Below, piece by piece: positions 18,318-31,225 of a stretch of 64,000 bases of DNA; the first letter of the stretch is position 1, and each line of letters starts with the position of its first letter. The stretch comes from Escherichia coli. Lineage in GTDB: Bacteria; Pseudomonadota; Gammaproteobacteria; Enterobacterales; Enterobacteriaceae. The stretch lies in assembly GCF_036507355.1 (NCBI RefSeq), contig NZ_AP027877.1. The stretch is one strand, 5' to 3'. The notes beneath the pieces were generated by a model that made no database searches, was not told the DNA's origin, and worked only from the letters and a program-made list of their open reading frames with translations. The position numbers and the translations under genes are program-made.

Positions 18318-19820
18318 ATGAGCGAACCCCTGTTAATTGCCCGCACGCCGGACACAGAACTATTTTTACTGCCGGGAATGGCTAACCGTCACGGGCTGAT
18401 TACTGGCGCAACGGGGACGGGTAAAACTGTCACGCTGCAAAAACTGGCGGAGTCTCTATCGGAAATCGGTGTTCCGGTGTTTATGGCCGATGTGAAAGGC
18501 GATCTGACCGGCATCGCGCAGGCAGGAACGGCGTCGGAAAAACTGCTCGCAAGGCTTAAAAATATCGGCGTCAATGACTGGCAACCGCATGCCAATCCGG
18601 TGGTGGTGTGGGATATCTTTGGCGAGAAAGGCCATCCGGTGCGGGCGACGGTTTCGGATCTGGGGCCGCTGTTGTTGGCGCGGCTGTTGAATCTCAACGA
18701 TGTGCAGTCTGGCGTGCTGGATATCATCTTCCGCATTGCTGACGATCAGGGGCTGTTACTGCTCGACTTTAAAGATTTGCGGGCGATTACCCAGTACATC
18801 GGCGATAACGCCAAATCTTTCCAGAATCAGTACGGAAATATCAGTAGCGCATCGGTTGGTGCCATCCAGCGCGGGCTGTTGTCGCTGGAACAGCAAGGCG
18901 CAGCACACTTCTTTGGTGAGCCGATGCTGGATATCAAAGACTGGATGCGCACCGATGCCAACGGTAAAGGCGTTATCAATATCCTCAGCGTCGAGAAGCT
19001 TTATCAGATGCCGAAACTGTATGCCGCCAGCCTGTTGTGGATGCTCTCGGAGTTGTATGAACAATTGCCGGAAGCGGGCGATCTGGAGAAACCAAAACTG
19101 GTGTTTTTCTTCGACGAGGCACATCTGCTGTTTAACGATGCACCGCAGGTACTGCTGGATAAGATTGAGCAGGTGATAAGGCTTATTCGCTCAAAAGGCG
19201 TGGGCGTCTGGTTCGTTTCGCAAAATCCGTCCGATATTCCGGATAACGTGCTCGGCCAGCTCGGTAATCGCGTTCAACACGCTTTGCGAACTTTTACGCC
19301 CAAAGATCAGAAAGCGGTAAAAGCTGCGGCGCAAACCATGCGGGTCAATCCGGCATTTGATACCGAAAAGGCGATTCAGGAACTGGGCACCGGCGAGGCG
19401 TTGATCTCTTTTCTGGATGCGAAAGGAAGCCCTTCTGTGGTGGAACGGGCGATGGTGATTGCGCCTTGTTCGCGGATGGGACCGATGACGGAAGATGAGC
19501 GTAATGGCTTGATTAATCACTCTCCGGTGTATGGCAAGTACGAGGATGACGTGGACCGGGAATCCGCCTATGAGATGTTGCAAAAAGGCGTACAGGCAAG
19601 CGCCGAGCAGCAAAATAATCCTGCCGTGAAAGGGAAAGAGGTGGCGGTGGATGACGGCATTCTTGGTGGATTGAAGGATATTTTGTTTGGCACTACCGGA
19701 CCACGCGGCGGGAAGAAAGATGGTGTGGTGCAAACAATGGCGAAAAGCGCCGCCCGCCAGGTGACGAATCAGATTGTACGTGGGATGTTGGGGAGTTTGC
19801 TGGGGGGAAGAAGAAGGTAA
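18318..19820 (+). CDS. yjgR: DUF853-family P-loop NTPase
   Basis: ORF 18270..19820(+); start [10 protein letters not shown] with GGAGG RBS; Walker A GATGTGKT; matches YjgR from memory. Confidence 0.85.
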   Translation: MSEPLLIARTPDTELFLLPGMANRHGLITGATGTGKTVTLQKLAESLSEIGVPVFMADVKGDLTGIAQAGTASEKLLARLKNIGVNDWQPHANPVVVWDIFGEKGHPVRATVSDLGPLLLARLLNLNDVQSGVLDIIFRIADDQGLLLLDFKDLRAITQYIGDNAKSFQNQYGNISSASVGAIQRGLLSLEQQGAAHFFGEPMLDIKDWMRTDANGKGVINILSVEKLYQMPKLYAASLLWMLSELYEQLPEAGDLEKPKLVFFFDEAHLLFNDAPQVLLDKIEQVIRLIRSKGVGVWFVSQNPSDIPDNVLGQLGNRVQHALRTFTPKDQKAVKAAAQTMRVNPAFDTEKAIQELGTGEALISFLDAKGSPSVVERAMVIAPCSRMGPMTEDERNGLINHSPVYGKYEDDVDRESAYEMLQKGVQASAEQQNNPAVKGKEVAVDDGILGGLKDILFGTTGPRGGKKDGVVQTMAKSAARQVTNQIVRGMLGSLLGGRRR

Positions 19821-19824
19821 GTCA

Positions 19825-19870
19825 GGCGCGATTTGTCTTTGCCTGATGCGACGCTGGCGCGTCTTATCAT
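19825..19870. repeat. REP-like palindromic element downstream of yjgR
   Basis: GCCTGATGCGACGCTGGCGCGTCTTATCATGCCTAC, the canonical REP consensus shape. Confidence 0.5.
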
Positions 19871-19980
19871 GCCTACACCACTGCAATATATTGGATTTTC
19901 ATGATTTTTCAGGCATGAACGAAGCACACTTTGCTAACAATAATAAAGGGAGCTTTCGCTCCCTTTATTCGTTCATTCGG

Positions 19981-21063
19981 TTACGATTTTCTCATTAACA
20001 GCCACAGGCTGATTAAGAAGAAGCTGGCGCTTGGCAACAGTGCGCCGATGATCGGCGGGATGCCATAAACCAACGTCAGCGGGCCGAAGATCTGGTCCAG
20101 TACATAGAAGACAAAACCGAAGCTGATACCGGTGACCACACGCACACCCATCGGTACGCTACGCAGTGGGCCAAAGATGAACGACAGCGCCATCAGCATC
20201 ATCACCGCCACGGATAGCGGCTGGAAGATTTTGCTCCACATGTTGAGCTGATAACGTCCGGCATCCTGACCGCTCGATTTCAGATACTTCACATAGTTGT
20301 GCAAACCGCTGATAGAGAGTGCATCCGGATCCAGCGCCACCACGCCCAGTTTGTCAGGCGTGAGGTTGGTTTTCCAGGTGCCGCTCACCGTCTGCGAACC
20401 GGTGATCTGTTTCGGATTGGTCAGATCAGATTCATCAATCTGCGACAGACGCCAGACTTTATGTTCCGGGTCAAACTTCGCGGTAGCGGCATAGCGTACG
20501 GATTGCAGACGACGATTCTCGTTAAAGGCATAAATACTGATGCCACCTAACTCTTCGTCACCTTTAACCCGCTCAATGTAGACGAAGTTGTTGCCATCTT
20601 TCGCCCATAAACCTTGCTGGGTAGAGAGCAACGAGCCGCCGTACATCGCCTGCGCACGGTAGTTACGCGCCATCTGCTCGCCCTGCGGCGCGACCCATTC
20701 GCCAATCGCCATCGTCAGCAAGACCAGCGGAATGGCGGTTTTCATCACCGACAGCGCCACCTGCATACGGGTAAAACCAGAAGCCTGCATCACCACCAGT
20801 TCGCTGCGCTGCGCCAGCATCCCAAGACCAAGCAACGCCCCAAGCAAAGCCGCCATCGGGAAGAATATTTGCACATCTTTCGGCACGCTCAGCAAGGTAT
20901 ACATTCCTGCGCCTAACGCGTCGTAGCTCCCCTGCCCGGCTTTTTTCAACTGATCGACAAATTTGATAATGCCCGACAGCGACACCAGCATGAACAGCGT
21001 CATCATGATGGTGGTGAAAATAGTTTTACCGATATAGCGGTCAAGTACGCCAAAAGGTTGCAT
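19981..21063 (-). CDS. lptG: LPS export ABC transporter permease LptG
   Basis: Translation MQPFGVLDRYIGKTIFTTIMMTLFMLVSLSGIIKFVDQLKKAGQG... matches LptG; 1-nt overlap with the lptF stop. Confidence 0.9.
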   Translation of the reverse strand: MQPFGVLDRYIGKTIFTTIMMTLFMLVSLSGIIKFVDQLKKAGQGSYDALGAGMYTLLSVPKDVQIFFPMAALLGALLGLGMLAQRSELVVMQASGFTRMQVALSVMKTAIPLVLLTMAIGEWVAPQGEQMARNYRAQAMYGGSLLSTQQGLWAKDGNNFVYIERVKGDEELGGISIYAFNENRRLQSVRYAATAKFDPEHKVWRLSQIDESDLTNPKQITGSQTVSGTWKTNLTPDKLGVVALDPDALSISGLHNYVKYLKSSGQDAGRYQLNMWSKIFQPLSVAVMMLMALSFIFGPLRSVPMGVRVVTGISFGFVFYVLDQIFGPLTLVYGIPPIIGALLPSASFFLISLWLLMRKS

Positions 21064-22163
21064 CACACCGCTCCTTTACGCGAAAAACTGGCGCGCAGGC
21101 GGCGGACCGGCACAGTGTCCCAAAGGTTGAGAACAATCGCCAAAGCCAGATAAATCAGGTTAACGGTCCACATCCACAGCGTCGGGTCCAGCTTACCTTT
21201 ACCGCCGTTCGATTTCAGGGAGGTCTGGATCAGGAAGAAAAGTAGATACAGCAGCATGGCTGGCAGCATCGACAGTACGCGTCCCTGACGCGGGTTAACC
21301 ACGCTCAACGGTACAACCATAAGTGCCATCATAAACACGGTGAATACCAACGTGATACGCCAGTTCAGTTCTGCGCGGGCACGATCGGTGTCAGTGTTCC
21401 ACAATGTGCGCATGTCCATCTGGTCGGTATCGTTCGGGTCGAGCGCCACCGCCTGGTGACCAATGATCGCCTGATAATCCTGGAAATCCGTAATGCGGAA
21501 ATCACGTAACAGTGCAGTGCCTTCGAAGCGCGTTCCCTGGTTGAGAGTGACGACCTGGGAGCCGTCGCGCAGCTGGGTTAAATGTCCGGAATCGGCCACC
21601 ACCACAGAAGGTCGTGCATTACCTTTTGGTCGAATTTGTGCGAGGAACACATCTTTGAAATCGCTGCCGTCAACGCTTTCGATGAACAGCACCGAGCTGC
21701 CATTAGTCGCTTGCTGGAATTGCCCTTGCGCCAGCGCCGCCATGCCAGGGTTCGCTTTCGCTTCTGCTAACACTTCATCCTGATGACGCGATGACCACGG
21801 TCCCGCCCACATCACGTTAACCGCCGCGACGATTGCCGTGAATACCGCAAGGATCATTGCCGCTTTCACCAGAACCGCTTTGCTCAGGCCGCAGGCATGC
21901 ATTACCGTAATTTCACTTTCGGTATACAGTTTGCCCAGCGTCATCAGCAGCCCGAGGAACAGGCTTAATGGCAGGATAAGCTGCGCCATTTCCGGCACGC
22001 CCAACCCGAGAAGGGAGAGCACCAGATTCGCCGGAATATCGCCGTCAACCGCTGCGCCGAGGATCCTCACTAACTTTTGACAGAAGAAGATCAAAAGCAA
22101 GATGAAGAGTATCGCCAGCTGGCTTTTGAGCGTCTCCCGCACCAGATATCTTATGATTATCAC
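21063..22163 (-). CDS. lptF: LPS export ABC transporter permease LptF
   Basis: Translation MIIIRYLVRETLKSQLAILFILLLIFFCQKLVRILGAAVDGDIP... matches LptF. Confidence 0.9.
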   Translation of the reverse strand: MIIIRYLVRETLKSQLAILFILLLIFFCQKLVRILGAAVDGDIPANLVLSLLGLGVPEMAQLILPLSLFLGLLMTLGKLYTESEITVMHACGLSKAVLVKAAMILAVFTAIVAAVNVMWAGPWSSRHQDEVLAEAKANPGMAALAQGQFQQATNGSSVLFIESVDGSDFKDVFLAQIRPKGNARPSVVVADSGHLTQLRDGSQVVTLNQGTRFEGTALLRDFRITDFQDYQAIIGHQAVALDPNDTDQMDMRTLWNTDTDRARAELNWRITLVFTVFMMALMVVPLSVVNPRQGRVLSMLPAMLLYLLFFLIQTSLKSNGGKGKLDPTLWMWTVNLIYLALAIVLNLWDTVPVRRLRASFSRKGAV

Positions 22164-22426
22164 TTTAAATACGCCCGTAAAAACTCGTCTTTTGCAGGAT
22201 TTTAGCTTGTTTCATGGCTTAAACGTCATTTATTCTCTTGAGTCGTCGAAATCGTCGCTAAGATAATTATACTCAACGGATTCACCTCTCAGATTTTGTT
22301 CTGACGTGCCAATGCCGTAATAACGTTAAGATTAACACGAAGTCATCGCAACAGCGGACATGAGTTACGAAAGCTTGCAATTCTATCTGTAGCCACCGCC
22401 GTTGTCTTTAAGATTCAGGAGCGTAG

Positions 22427-24290
<1,864 letters not shown>

Positions 24291-24296
24291 CCATTT

Positions 24297-24740
24297 ATGA
24301 AAAACGCGACGTTCTACCTTCTGGACAATGACACCACCGTCGATGGCTTAAGCGCCGTTGAGCAACTGGTGTGTGAAATTGCCGCAGAACGTTGGCGCAG
24401 CGGTAAGCGCGTGCTCATCGCCTGTGAAGATGAAAAGCAGGCTTACCGGCTGGATGAAGCCCTGTGGGCGCGTCCGGCAGAAAGCTTTGTTCCGCATAAT
24501 TTAGCGGGAGAAGGACCGCGCGGCGGTGCGCCGGTGGAGATCGCCTGGCCGCAAAAACGCAGCAGCAGCCCGCGCGATATATTGATTAGTCTGCGAACAA
24601 GCTTTGCAGATTTTGCCACCGCTTTCACAGAAGTGGTAGACTTCGTTCCTTATGAAGATTCTCTGAAACAACTGGCGCGCGAACGCTATAAAGCCTACCG
24701 CGTGGCTGGTTTCAACCTGAATACGGCAACCTGGAAATAA
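24297..24740 (+). CDS. holC: DNA polymerase III chi subunit
   Basis: 147-aa [63 protein letters not shown]... matches HolC. Confidence 0.9.
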   Translation: MKNATFYLLDNDTTVDGLSAVEQLVCEIAAERWRSGKRVLIACEDEKQAYRLDEALWARPAESFVPHNLAGEGPRGGAPVEIAWPQKRSSSPRDILISLRTSFADFATAFTEVVDFVPYEDSLKQLARERYKAYRVAGFNLNTATWK

Positions 24741-27595
24741 TGGAAAAGACATACAACCCACAAGATATCGAACAGCCGCTTTACGAGCACTGGGAAAAGC
24801 AGGGCTACTTTAAGCCTAATGGCGATGAAAGCCAGGAAAGTTTCTGCATCATGATCCCGCCGCCGAACGTCACCGGCAGTTTGCATATGGGTCACGCCTT
24901 CCAGCAAACCATCATGGATACCATGATCCGCTATCAGCGCATGCAGGGCAAAAACACCCTGTGGCAGGTCGGTACTGACCACGCCGGGATCGCTACCCAG
25001 ATGGTCGTTGAGCGCAAGATTGCCGCAGAAGAAGGTAAAACCCGTCACGACTACGGCCGCGAAGCTTTCATCGACAAAATTTGGGAATGGAAAGCGGAAT
25101 CCGGCGGCACCATTACCCGTCAGATGCGCCGTCTCGGCAACTCCGTGGACTGGGAGCGTGAACGCTTCACGATGGACGAAGGCCTGTCCAATGCGGTGAA
25201 AGAAGTTTTCGTTCGTCTGTATAAAGAAGACCTGATTTACCGTGGCAAACGCCTGGTAAACTGGGACCCGAAACTGCGCACCGCTATCTCTGACCTGGAA
25301 GTGGAAAACCGCGAATCAAAAGGTTCGATGTGGCACATCCGCTATCCGCTGGCTGACGGCGCGAAAACCGCAGACGGCAAAGATTATCTGGTGGTTGCGA
25401 CTACCCGTCCGGAAACCCTGCTGGGCGATACCGGCGTGGCCGTTAACCCGGAAGATCCGCGTTACAAAGATCTGATTGGCAAATATGTCATTCTGCCGCT
25501 GGTTAACCGTCGTATTCCGATCGTTGGCGACGAACACGCCGACATGGAAAAAGGCACCGGCTGCGTGAAGATCACTCCGGCACACGACTTTAACGACTAT
25601 GAAGTCGGTAAACGTCACGCCCTGCCGATGATCAACATCCTGACCTTTGACGGCGATATCCGTGAAAGCGCCCAAGTGTTCGATACCAAAGGTAACGAAT
25701 CTGACGTTTATTCCAGCGAGATCCCCGCAGAATTCCAGAAACTGGAGCGTTTTGCTGCACGTAAAGCAGTCGTTGCCGCAGTTGACGCGCTCGGCCTGCT
25801 GGAAGAAATTAAACCACATGACCTGACCGTTCCTTATGGTGACCGTGGTGGCGTGGTCATCGAACCGATGCTGACCGACCAGTGGTACGTGCGTGCCGAT
25901 GTCCTGGCGAAACCGGCAGTTGAAGCGGTTGAGAATGGCGACATTCAGTTCGTACCGAAGCAGTACGAAAACATGTACTTCTCCTGGATGCGCGATATTC
26001 AGGACTGGTGTATCTCTCGTCAGCTGTGGTGGGGTCACCGTATCCCGGCATGGTACGACGAAGCGGGTAACGTTTATGTTGGCCGCAACGAAGACGAAGT
26101 GCGTAAAGAAAATAACCTCGGTGCCGACGTTGCCCTGCGTCAGGACGAAGACGTTCTCGACACCTGGTTCTCTTCTGCGCTGTGGACCTTCTCTACCCTT
26201 GGCTGGCCGGAAAATACCGACGCCCTGCGTCAGTTCCACCCAACCAGCGTGATGGTATCTGGTTTCGACATCATCTTCTTCTGGATTGCCCGCATGATCA
26301 TGATGACCATGCACTTCATCAAAGATGAAAATGGCAAACCGCAGGTGCCGTTCCACACTGTTTACATGACCGGTCTGATTCGTGACGACGAAGGCCAGAA
26401 GATGTCCAAATCCAAGGGTAACGTTATCGACCCGCTGGATATGGTTGACGGTATTTCGCTGCCAGAACTGCTGGAAAAACGTACCGGCAATATGATGCAG
26501 CCGCAGCTGGCGGACAAAATCCGTAAGCGCACCGAGAAACAGTTCCCGAACGGCATTGAGCCGCACGGTACCGATGCCCTGCGCTTCACCCTGGCGGCGC
26601 TGGCGTCTACCGGTCGTGACATCAACTGGGATATGAAGCGCCTGGAAGGTTACCGTAACTTCTGTAACAAGCTGTGGAACGCCAGCCGCTTTGTGCTGAT
26701 GAACACAGAAGGTCAGGATTGCGGCTTCAACGGCGGCGAAATGACGCTGTCGCTGGCGGACCGCTGGATTCTGGCGGAGTTCAACCAGACCATCAAAGCG
26801 TACCGCGAAGCGCTGGACAGCTTCCGCTTCGATATCGCCGCAGGCATTCTGTATGAGTTCACCTGGAACCAGTTCTGTGACTGGTATCTCGAGCTGACCA
26901 AGCCGGTAATGAACGGTGGCACCGAAGCAGAACTGCGCGGTACTCGCCATACGCTGGTGACTGTACTGGAAGGTCTGCTGCGCCTCGCGCATCCGATCAT
27001 TCCGTTCATCACCGAAACCATCTGGCAGCGTGTGAAAGTACTTTGCGGTATCACTGCCGACACCATCATGCTGCAACCGTTCCCGCAGTATGATGCATCT
27101 CAGGTTGATGAAGCGGCGCTGGCCGACACCGAGTGGCTGAAGCAGGCGATCGTTGCGGTACGTAACATCCGTGCAGAAATGAACATCGCGCCGGGCAAAC
27201 CGCTGGAGCTGCTGCTGCGTGGTTGCAGCGCGGATGCAGAACGTCGCGTAAATGAAAACCGTGGCTTCCTGCAAACCCTGGCGCGTCTGGAAAGCATCAC
27301 CGTGCTGCCTGCCGATGACAAAGGTCCGGTTTCCGTTACGAAGATTATCGACGGCGCAGAGCTGCTGATCCCGATGGCTGGCCTCATCAACAAAGAAGAT
27401 GAGCTGGCGCGTCTGGCGAAAGAAGTGGCGAAGATCGAAGGCGAAATCAGCCGCATCGAGAACAAGCTGGCGAATGAAGGCTTTGTCGCCCGCGCACCGG
27501 AAGCGGTCATCGCGAAAGAGCGTGAGAAGCTGGAAGGCTATGCGGAAGCGAAAGCGAAGCTGATTGAACAGCAGGCTGTTATCGCCGCGCTGTAA
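24740..27595 (+). CDS. valS: Valine--tRNA ligase
   Basis: 951-aa ORF with class-I HIGH ([14 protein letters not shown]) and KMSKS motifs; start overlaps the holC stop (TAATGG). Confidence 0.95.
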   Translation: MEKTYNPQDIEQPLYEHWEKQGYFKPNGDESQESFCIMIPPPNVTGSLHMGHAFQQTIMDTMIRYQRMQGKNTLWQVGTDHAGIATQMVVERKIAAEEGKTRHDYGREAFIDKIWEWKAESGGTITRQMRRLGNSVDWERERFTMDEGLSNAVKEVFVRLYKEDLIYRGKRLVNWDPKLRTAISDLEVENRESKGSMWHIRYPLADGAKTADGKDYLVVATTRPETLLGDTGVAVNPEDPRYKDLIGKYVILPLVNRRIPIVGDEHADMEKGTGCVKITPAHDFNDYEVGKRHALPMINILTFDGDIRESAQVFDTKGNESDVYSSEIPAEFQKLERFAARKAVVAAVDALGLLEEIKPHDLTVPYGDRGGVVIEPMLTDQWYVRADVLAKPAVEAVENGDIQFVPKQYENMYFSWMRDIQDWCISRQLWWGHRIPAWYDEAGNVYVGRNEDEVRKENNLGADVALRQDEDVLDTWFSSALWTFSTLGWPENTDALRQFHPTSVMVSGFDIIFFWIARMIMMTMHFIKDENGKPQVPFHTVYMTGLIRDDEGQKMSKSKGNVIDPLDMVDGISLPELLEKRTGNMMQPQLADKIRKRTEKQFPNGIEPHGTDALRFTLAALASTGRDINWDMKRLEGYRNFCNKLWNASRFVLMNTEGQDCGFNGGEMTLSLADRWILAEFNQTIKAYREALDSFRFDIAAGILYEFTWNQFCDWYLELTKPVMNGGTEAELRGTRHTLVTVLEGLLRLAHPIIPFITETIWQRVKVLCGITADTIMLQPFPQYDASQVDEAALADTEWLKQAIVAVRNIRAEMNIAPGKPLELLLRGCSADAERRVNENRGFLQTLARLESITVLPADDKGPVSVTKIIDGAELLIPMAGLINKEDELARLAKEVAKIEGEISRIENKLANEGFVARAPEAVIAKEREKLEGYAEAKAKLIEQQAVIAAL

Positions 27596-27615
27596 TCAAC
27601 ACCGTGATGAAAACG

Positions 27616-27644
27616 AAGGCCGGAGCATGCTCCGGCCTTTTTTA
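27616..27644. terminator. Bidirectional rho-independent terminator between valS and yjgN
   Basis: AAGGCCGGAGCATGCTCCGGCCTTTTTTAT: perfect GC-rich hairpin followed by a T-run. Confidence 0.65.
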
Positions 27645-27648
27645 TCTC

Positions 27649-28845
27649 TTACAGAAATGGTAAAGAAGGCATAATTCCCCGTGAAATACTGGCTAAGAAG
27701 CCTTTATCTGGTTGTTCTTCTTTATTGATTAAAGGAAGGTCATCCAAATCGCCCAGCAAATACGTATTTTTTGCCTGCCAGTCAATCATCCATATTTTCA
27801 GCAGTGGATAAGCCAGACCGCCCGTAATCCCGGATATCACCACCAACGCACACATGCGATAAAGCATACCGTGGTATGTTAAAGTTGAGCGAAAACGAAT
27901 ACGCCCATCATTCAGTGACAGGTTGCTCATAAAATGATTTCGCAACGACACCGTTAAATAACTGGTGCTAACAGCAATCCCAAAATAATAGATTAACTGC
28001 GCGATTATCATTTTACGTTGCATTTCCATAAATTGCTGTAAATTCTCAATATCATCATTTGCATACACAGAACTATCATACGCATTTAATATTTGATCGA
28101 AGATAATATAACCAGCAACAGCGAGAAAAGGTAATAAAGCTAAAAATGCGAGAATGGCATATTTTATACAATACGTAGTATCTAATTTCACCTTGAAACG
28201 ATGTATACCGAAACTGGTATTGCTCCAGAGAAAACTCATTACCAGACTATATAAAGTACCATTAAAAATACCAATGGAAACAATACCAACTATTGCCATC
28301 AGAACCACAGATATAATAACACTACTTGAACTATTGGCATGTAGCATCTTTGTCGAGATAAAGAAAACAGTCCCCATCCCAATGGCCATTAAAATCGGCA
28401 AGAAAAAGGTTACCCACCAGAACCCTTTCAAAGAGCAATTAAAACTAAATCTTACGCCGTTGAGACTAGTCATCAAGGCCTGATAACGCAGTCCTTTTGC
28501 TGCCATAAATATAAGCAAAACCAACAGTGACAAAGTCAAAACACAGTCAACAAGCGGCATATCTGCTGACACTGTCATTAAGATTGCGAAATAGAAAAAA
28601 ACAAAAACAAGACAACTAACAAAAACATTCCCACCGGTAATCCCATAAGAAAATCGTTGTCCGTTAACTTCCATATTAGCATAGAGATAACGCTTACATT
28701 TCATTAATGCCCATGGTAAATAGATACCTAGCGTTATAATCGTTAACAACACATTCACCACACAAATAAGAAAATATCTCTCACCTGTACCATGAAAAAC
28801 AAACGAATGGGACGGAACATCCATTTCATTAATAATTTGAGCCAT
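27649..28845 (-). CDS. yjgN: DUF898-family inner membrane protein
   Basis: ORF 27649..28872(-); multi-pass hydrophobic translation starting MAQIINEMDVPSHSFVFHGTGERYF; matches YjgN from memory. Confidence 0.8.
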   Translation of the reverse strand: MAQIINEMDVPSHSFVFHGTGERYFLICVVNVLLTIITLGIYLPWALMKCKRYLYANMEVNGQRFSYGITGGNVFVSCLVFVFFYFAILMTVSADMPLVDCVLTLSLLVLLIFMAAKGLRYQALMTSLNGVRFSFNCSLKGFWWVTFFLPILMAIGMGTVFFISTKMLHANSSSSVIISVVLMAIVGIVSIGIFNGTLYSLVMSFLWSNTSFGIHRFKVKLDTTYCIKYAILAFLALLPFLAVAGYIIFDQILNAYDSSVYANDDIENLQQFMEMQRKMIIAQLIYYFGIAVSTSYLTVSLRNHFMSNLSLNDGRIRFRSTLTYHGMLYRMCALVVISGITGGLAYPLLKIWMIDWQAKNTYLLGDLDDLPLINKEEQPDKGFLASISRGIMPSLPFL

Positions 28846-29037
28846 AAAAATTCCCTGAATTAAAAAATTCATTGATATAATTTATAGATACAGACAGTAA
28901 AATGTTCTGCCACGTTACAATACTCTTATCAGTAATAGGCTGGCAAAAACTTTATTGCTTTATAAGACGCTTGCGCACGTAAGAAGAGAGTGGTATTAAA
29001 CAAATGTATAATTACTTTATTTTTATTGGGTTAAACT

Positions 29038-29541
29038 ATGAATAACATTGCGCCGCAATCACCTGTAATGCGTCGCCTGACGTTGCAGGATAATCCTGCT
29101 ATCGCCCGCGTCATTCGTCAGGTATCCGCCGAATACGGTCTTACCGCTGATAAAGGCTACACCGTCGCCGATCCGAATCTTGACGAGCTGTATCAAGTGT
29201 ATAGTCAGCCTGGTCATGCATATTGGGTGGTTGAGTACGAGGGTGAAGTGGTCGGCGGCGGTGGGATTGCGCCATTAGCAGGTAGTGAATCGGACATTTG
29301 CGAACTGCAAAAGATGTATTTTCTTCCGGCTATTCGCGGTAAAGGGCTGGCGAAAAAACTGGCCTTAATGGCGATGGAGCAAGCACGAGAGATGGGCTTC
29401 AAACGCTGCTATCTGGAAACGACCGCTTTTTTAAAGGAAGCCATTGCGCTTTATGAGCATTTGGGCTTTGAGCATATCGACTATGCGCTTGGCTGCACGG
29501 GCCATGTCGATTGTGAAGTGCGGATGCTACGCGAACTCTAA
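29038..29541 (+). CDS. yjgM: GNAT-family N-acetyltransferase
   Basis: 167-aa ORF with GNAT acetyl-CoA motif ([26 protein letters not shown]). Confidence 0.8.
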   Translation: MNNIAPQSPVMRRLTLQDNPAIARVIRQVSAEYGLTADKGYTVADPNLDELYQVYSQPGHAYWVVEYEGEVVGGGGIAPLAGSESDICELQKMYFLPAIRGKGLAKKLALMAMEQAREMGFKRCYLETTAFLKEAIALYEHLGFEHIDYALGCTGHVDCEVRMLREL

Positions 29542-29542
29542 A

Positions 29543-29580
29543 AAAATGCCCGCTAGTGTGTGCTATCGGGCATTTTAATC
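29543..29580 (+). terminator. Rho-independent terminator after yjgM
   Basis: AAAAAATGCCCGCTAGTGTGTGCTATCGGGCATTTT: hairpin plus T-run. Confidence 0.5.
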
Positions 29581-29586
29581 AATTAA

Positions 29587-30003
29587 TTAGTGGCGAACAC
29601 CGTCATCGTCTTCATCGACAAAATCTTCATCGTCGCCGTCTTCGCCATTGGGATCTTCAAAGTAAGTGCCCCAACCGTCGTACTCAACGTCAAATTTCTC
29701 CGCCAGCGTCATCAGTTGTTCAACCTGGGCATCGATCAGATCGGCATTCAACGCGCACTCGCTGAGGATGTCGCAGCAAATCACGATATCACCATCTTCA
29801 ACTTCCAGCTCTTCTGGATCGGTCACTTCGTAACCGAGTTTAAACGCTTCAACTGCTGCTTTTTCCAGGGTTTCCAGATCGTCTGCGGAAAGATGGTGTT
29901 CGATGGTGTACAGCGCGTCCGGATCGCTGCCATCTTCCAGTAATTCTTCAATAATCAAACGTGTTTCTTCACGCTGTTCTTCCAGTTGTTCCGGGTTTGC
30001 CAT
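29587..30003 (-). CDS. rraB: RNase E regulator RraB (acidic protein)
   Basis: 138-aa highly acidic [63 protein letters not shown]... Confidence 0.85.
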
Positions 30004-30102
30004 GGCTCATTCCTCTTAATGTCCTGCCGATACTCTTATTGTCACACACCACTGACATTGCCTCCACCTTTGTGACAAAGATTTATGCTTTAGACTTGCA
30101 AA

Positions 30103-30139
30103 TGAATAATCATCCATATAAATTGAATTTTAATTCATT
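30103..30139. promoter_or_regulatory. Tandem ARG boxes (ArgR operator) upstream of argI
   Basis: TGAATAATCATCCATATAAATTGAATTTTAATTCATT: two adjacent 18-bp units with TGAAT...ATTCA symmetry, about 25 bp upstream of the argI start. Confidence 0.55.
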
Positions 30140-30164
30140 GAGGCATTAGCCACAGGAGGGATCT

Positions 30165-31169
30165 ATGTCCGGGTTTTATCATAAGCATTTCCTGAAATTA
30201 CTCGATTTCACGCCAGCTGAACTCAACACCTTGTTGCAGTTAGCCGCGAAGCTGAAAGCCGATAAGAAAAGCGGTAAAGAAGAAGCTAAACTCACTGGTA
30301 AAAACATCGCGCTCATCTTCGAAAAAGACTCGACTCGTACCCGATGCTCTTTCGAAGTTGCCGCATATGACCAGGGTGCTCGTGTTACTTATCTCGGCCC
30401 AAGCGGCAGCCAGATTGGTCATAAAGAGTCGATTAAAGACACTGCCCGCGTGCTTGGTCGCATGTATGACGGTATTCAGTATCGCGGCTATGGTCAGGAG
30501 ATTGTCGAAACACTGGCGGAATACGCTGGCGTGCCGGTATGGAACGGCCTGACCAATGAGTTTCACCCCACGCAGCTGCTGGCGGATCTCCTCACCATGC
30601 AGGAGCATTTGCCCGGTAAAACATTCAACGAAATGACGCTGGTCTATGCAGGTGACGCACGTAACAACATGGGCAATTCGATGCTCGAAGCTGCGGCGCT
30701 TACCGGTCTGGATTTGCGTCTGGTCGCGCCACAGGCATGCTGGCCGGAAGCTGCGCTGGTTACGGAATGCCGCGCTCTGGCACAGCAAAATGGCGGGAAT
30801 ATTACGCTGACGGAAGATGTAGCCAAAGGAGTAGAAGGTGCTGACTTTATCTATACCGATGTGTGGGTGTCGATGGGGGAAGCAAAAGAGAAATGGGCGG
30901 AACGAATTGCATTGCTGCGTGATTATCAGGTGAATAACAAGATGATGCAGTTGACCGGTAACCCGGAGGTCAAATTCCTCCACTGCCTGCCCGCGTTTCA
31001 TGACGACCAAACGACGCTTGGCAAGAAAATGGCGGAAGAGTTTGGCCTACATGGCGGAATGGAAGTGACTGATGAGGTCTTCGAATCTGCCGCCAGCATT
31101 GTATTTGATCAGGCGGAAAACCGCATGCATACCATCAAAGCGGTGATGGTCGCGACGCTCAGTAAATAA
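30165..31169 (+). CDS. argI: Ornithine carbamoyltransferase
   Basis: 334-aa ORF with carbamoyl-phosphate binding STRTR and HCLP motifs; argI rather than paralog argF is inferred from the rraB/yjgL/valS neighbourhood. Confidence 0.85.
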   Translation: MSGFYHKHFLKLLDFTPAELNTLLQLAAKLKADKKSGKEEAKLTGKNIALIFEKDSTRTRCSFEVAAYDQGARVTYLGPSGSQIGHKESIKDTARVLGRMYDGIQYRGYGQEIVETLAEYAGVPVWNGLTNEFHPTQLLADLLTMQEHLPGKTFNEMTLVYAGDARNNMGNSMLEAAALTGLDLRLVAPQACWPEAALVTECRALAQQNGGNITLTEDVAKGVEGADFIYTDVWVSMGEAKEKWAERIALLRDYQVNNKMMQLTGNPEVKFLHCLPAFHDDQTTLGKKMAEEFGLHGGMEVTDEVFESAASIVFDQAENRMHTIKAVMVATLSK

Positions 31170-31225
31170 TTGATATCGCTATAAAGATGCCGGGAAATAC
31201 AAAACTATCCCGGCATCACATTATT

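Noticed and set aside
25316-27274. 652-aa ORF on the minus strand inside valS
   Set aside because: Antisense to a highly conserved gene with strong own-frame identity; low-complexity Arg/Val/Gln-rich translation typical of a GC-driven spurious ORF
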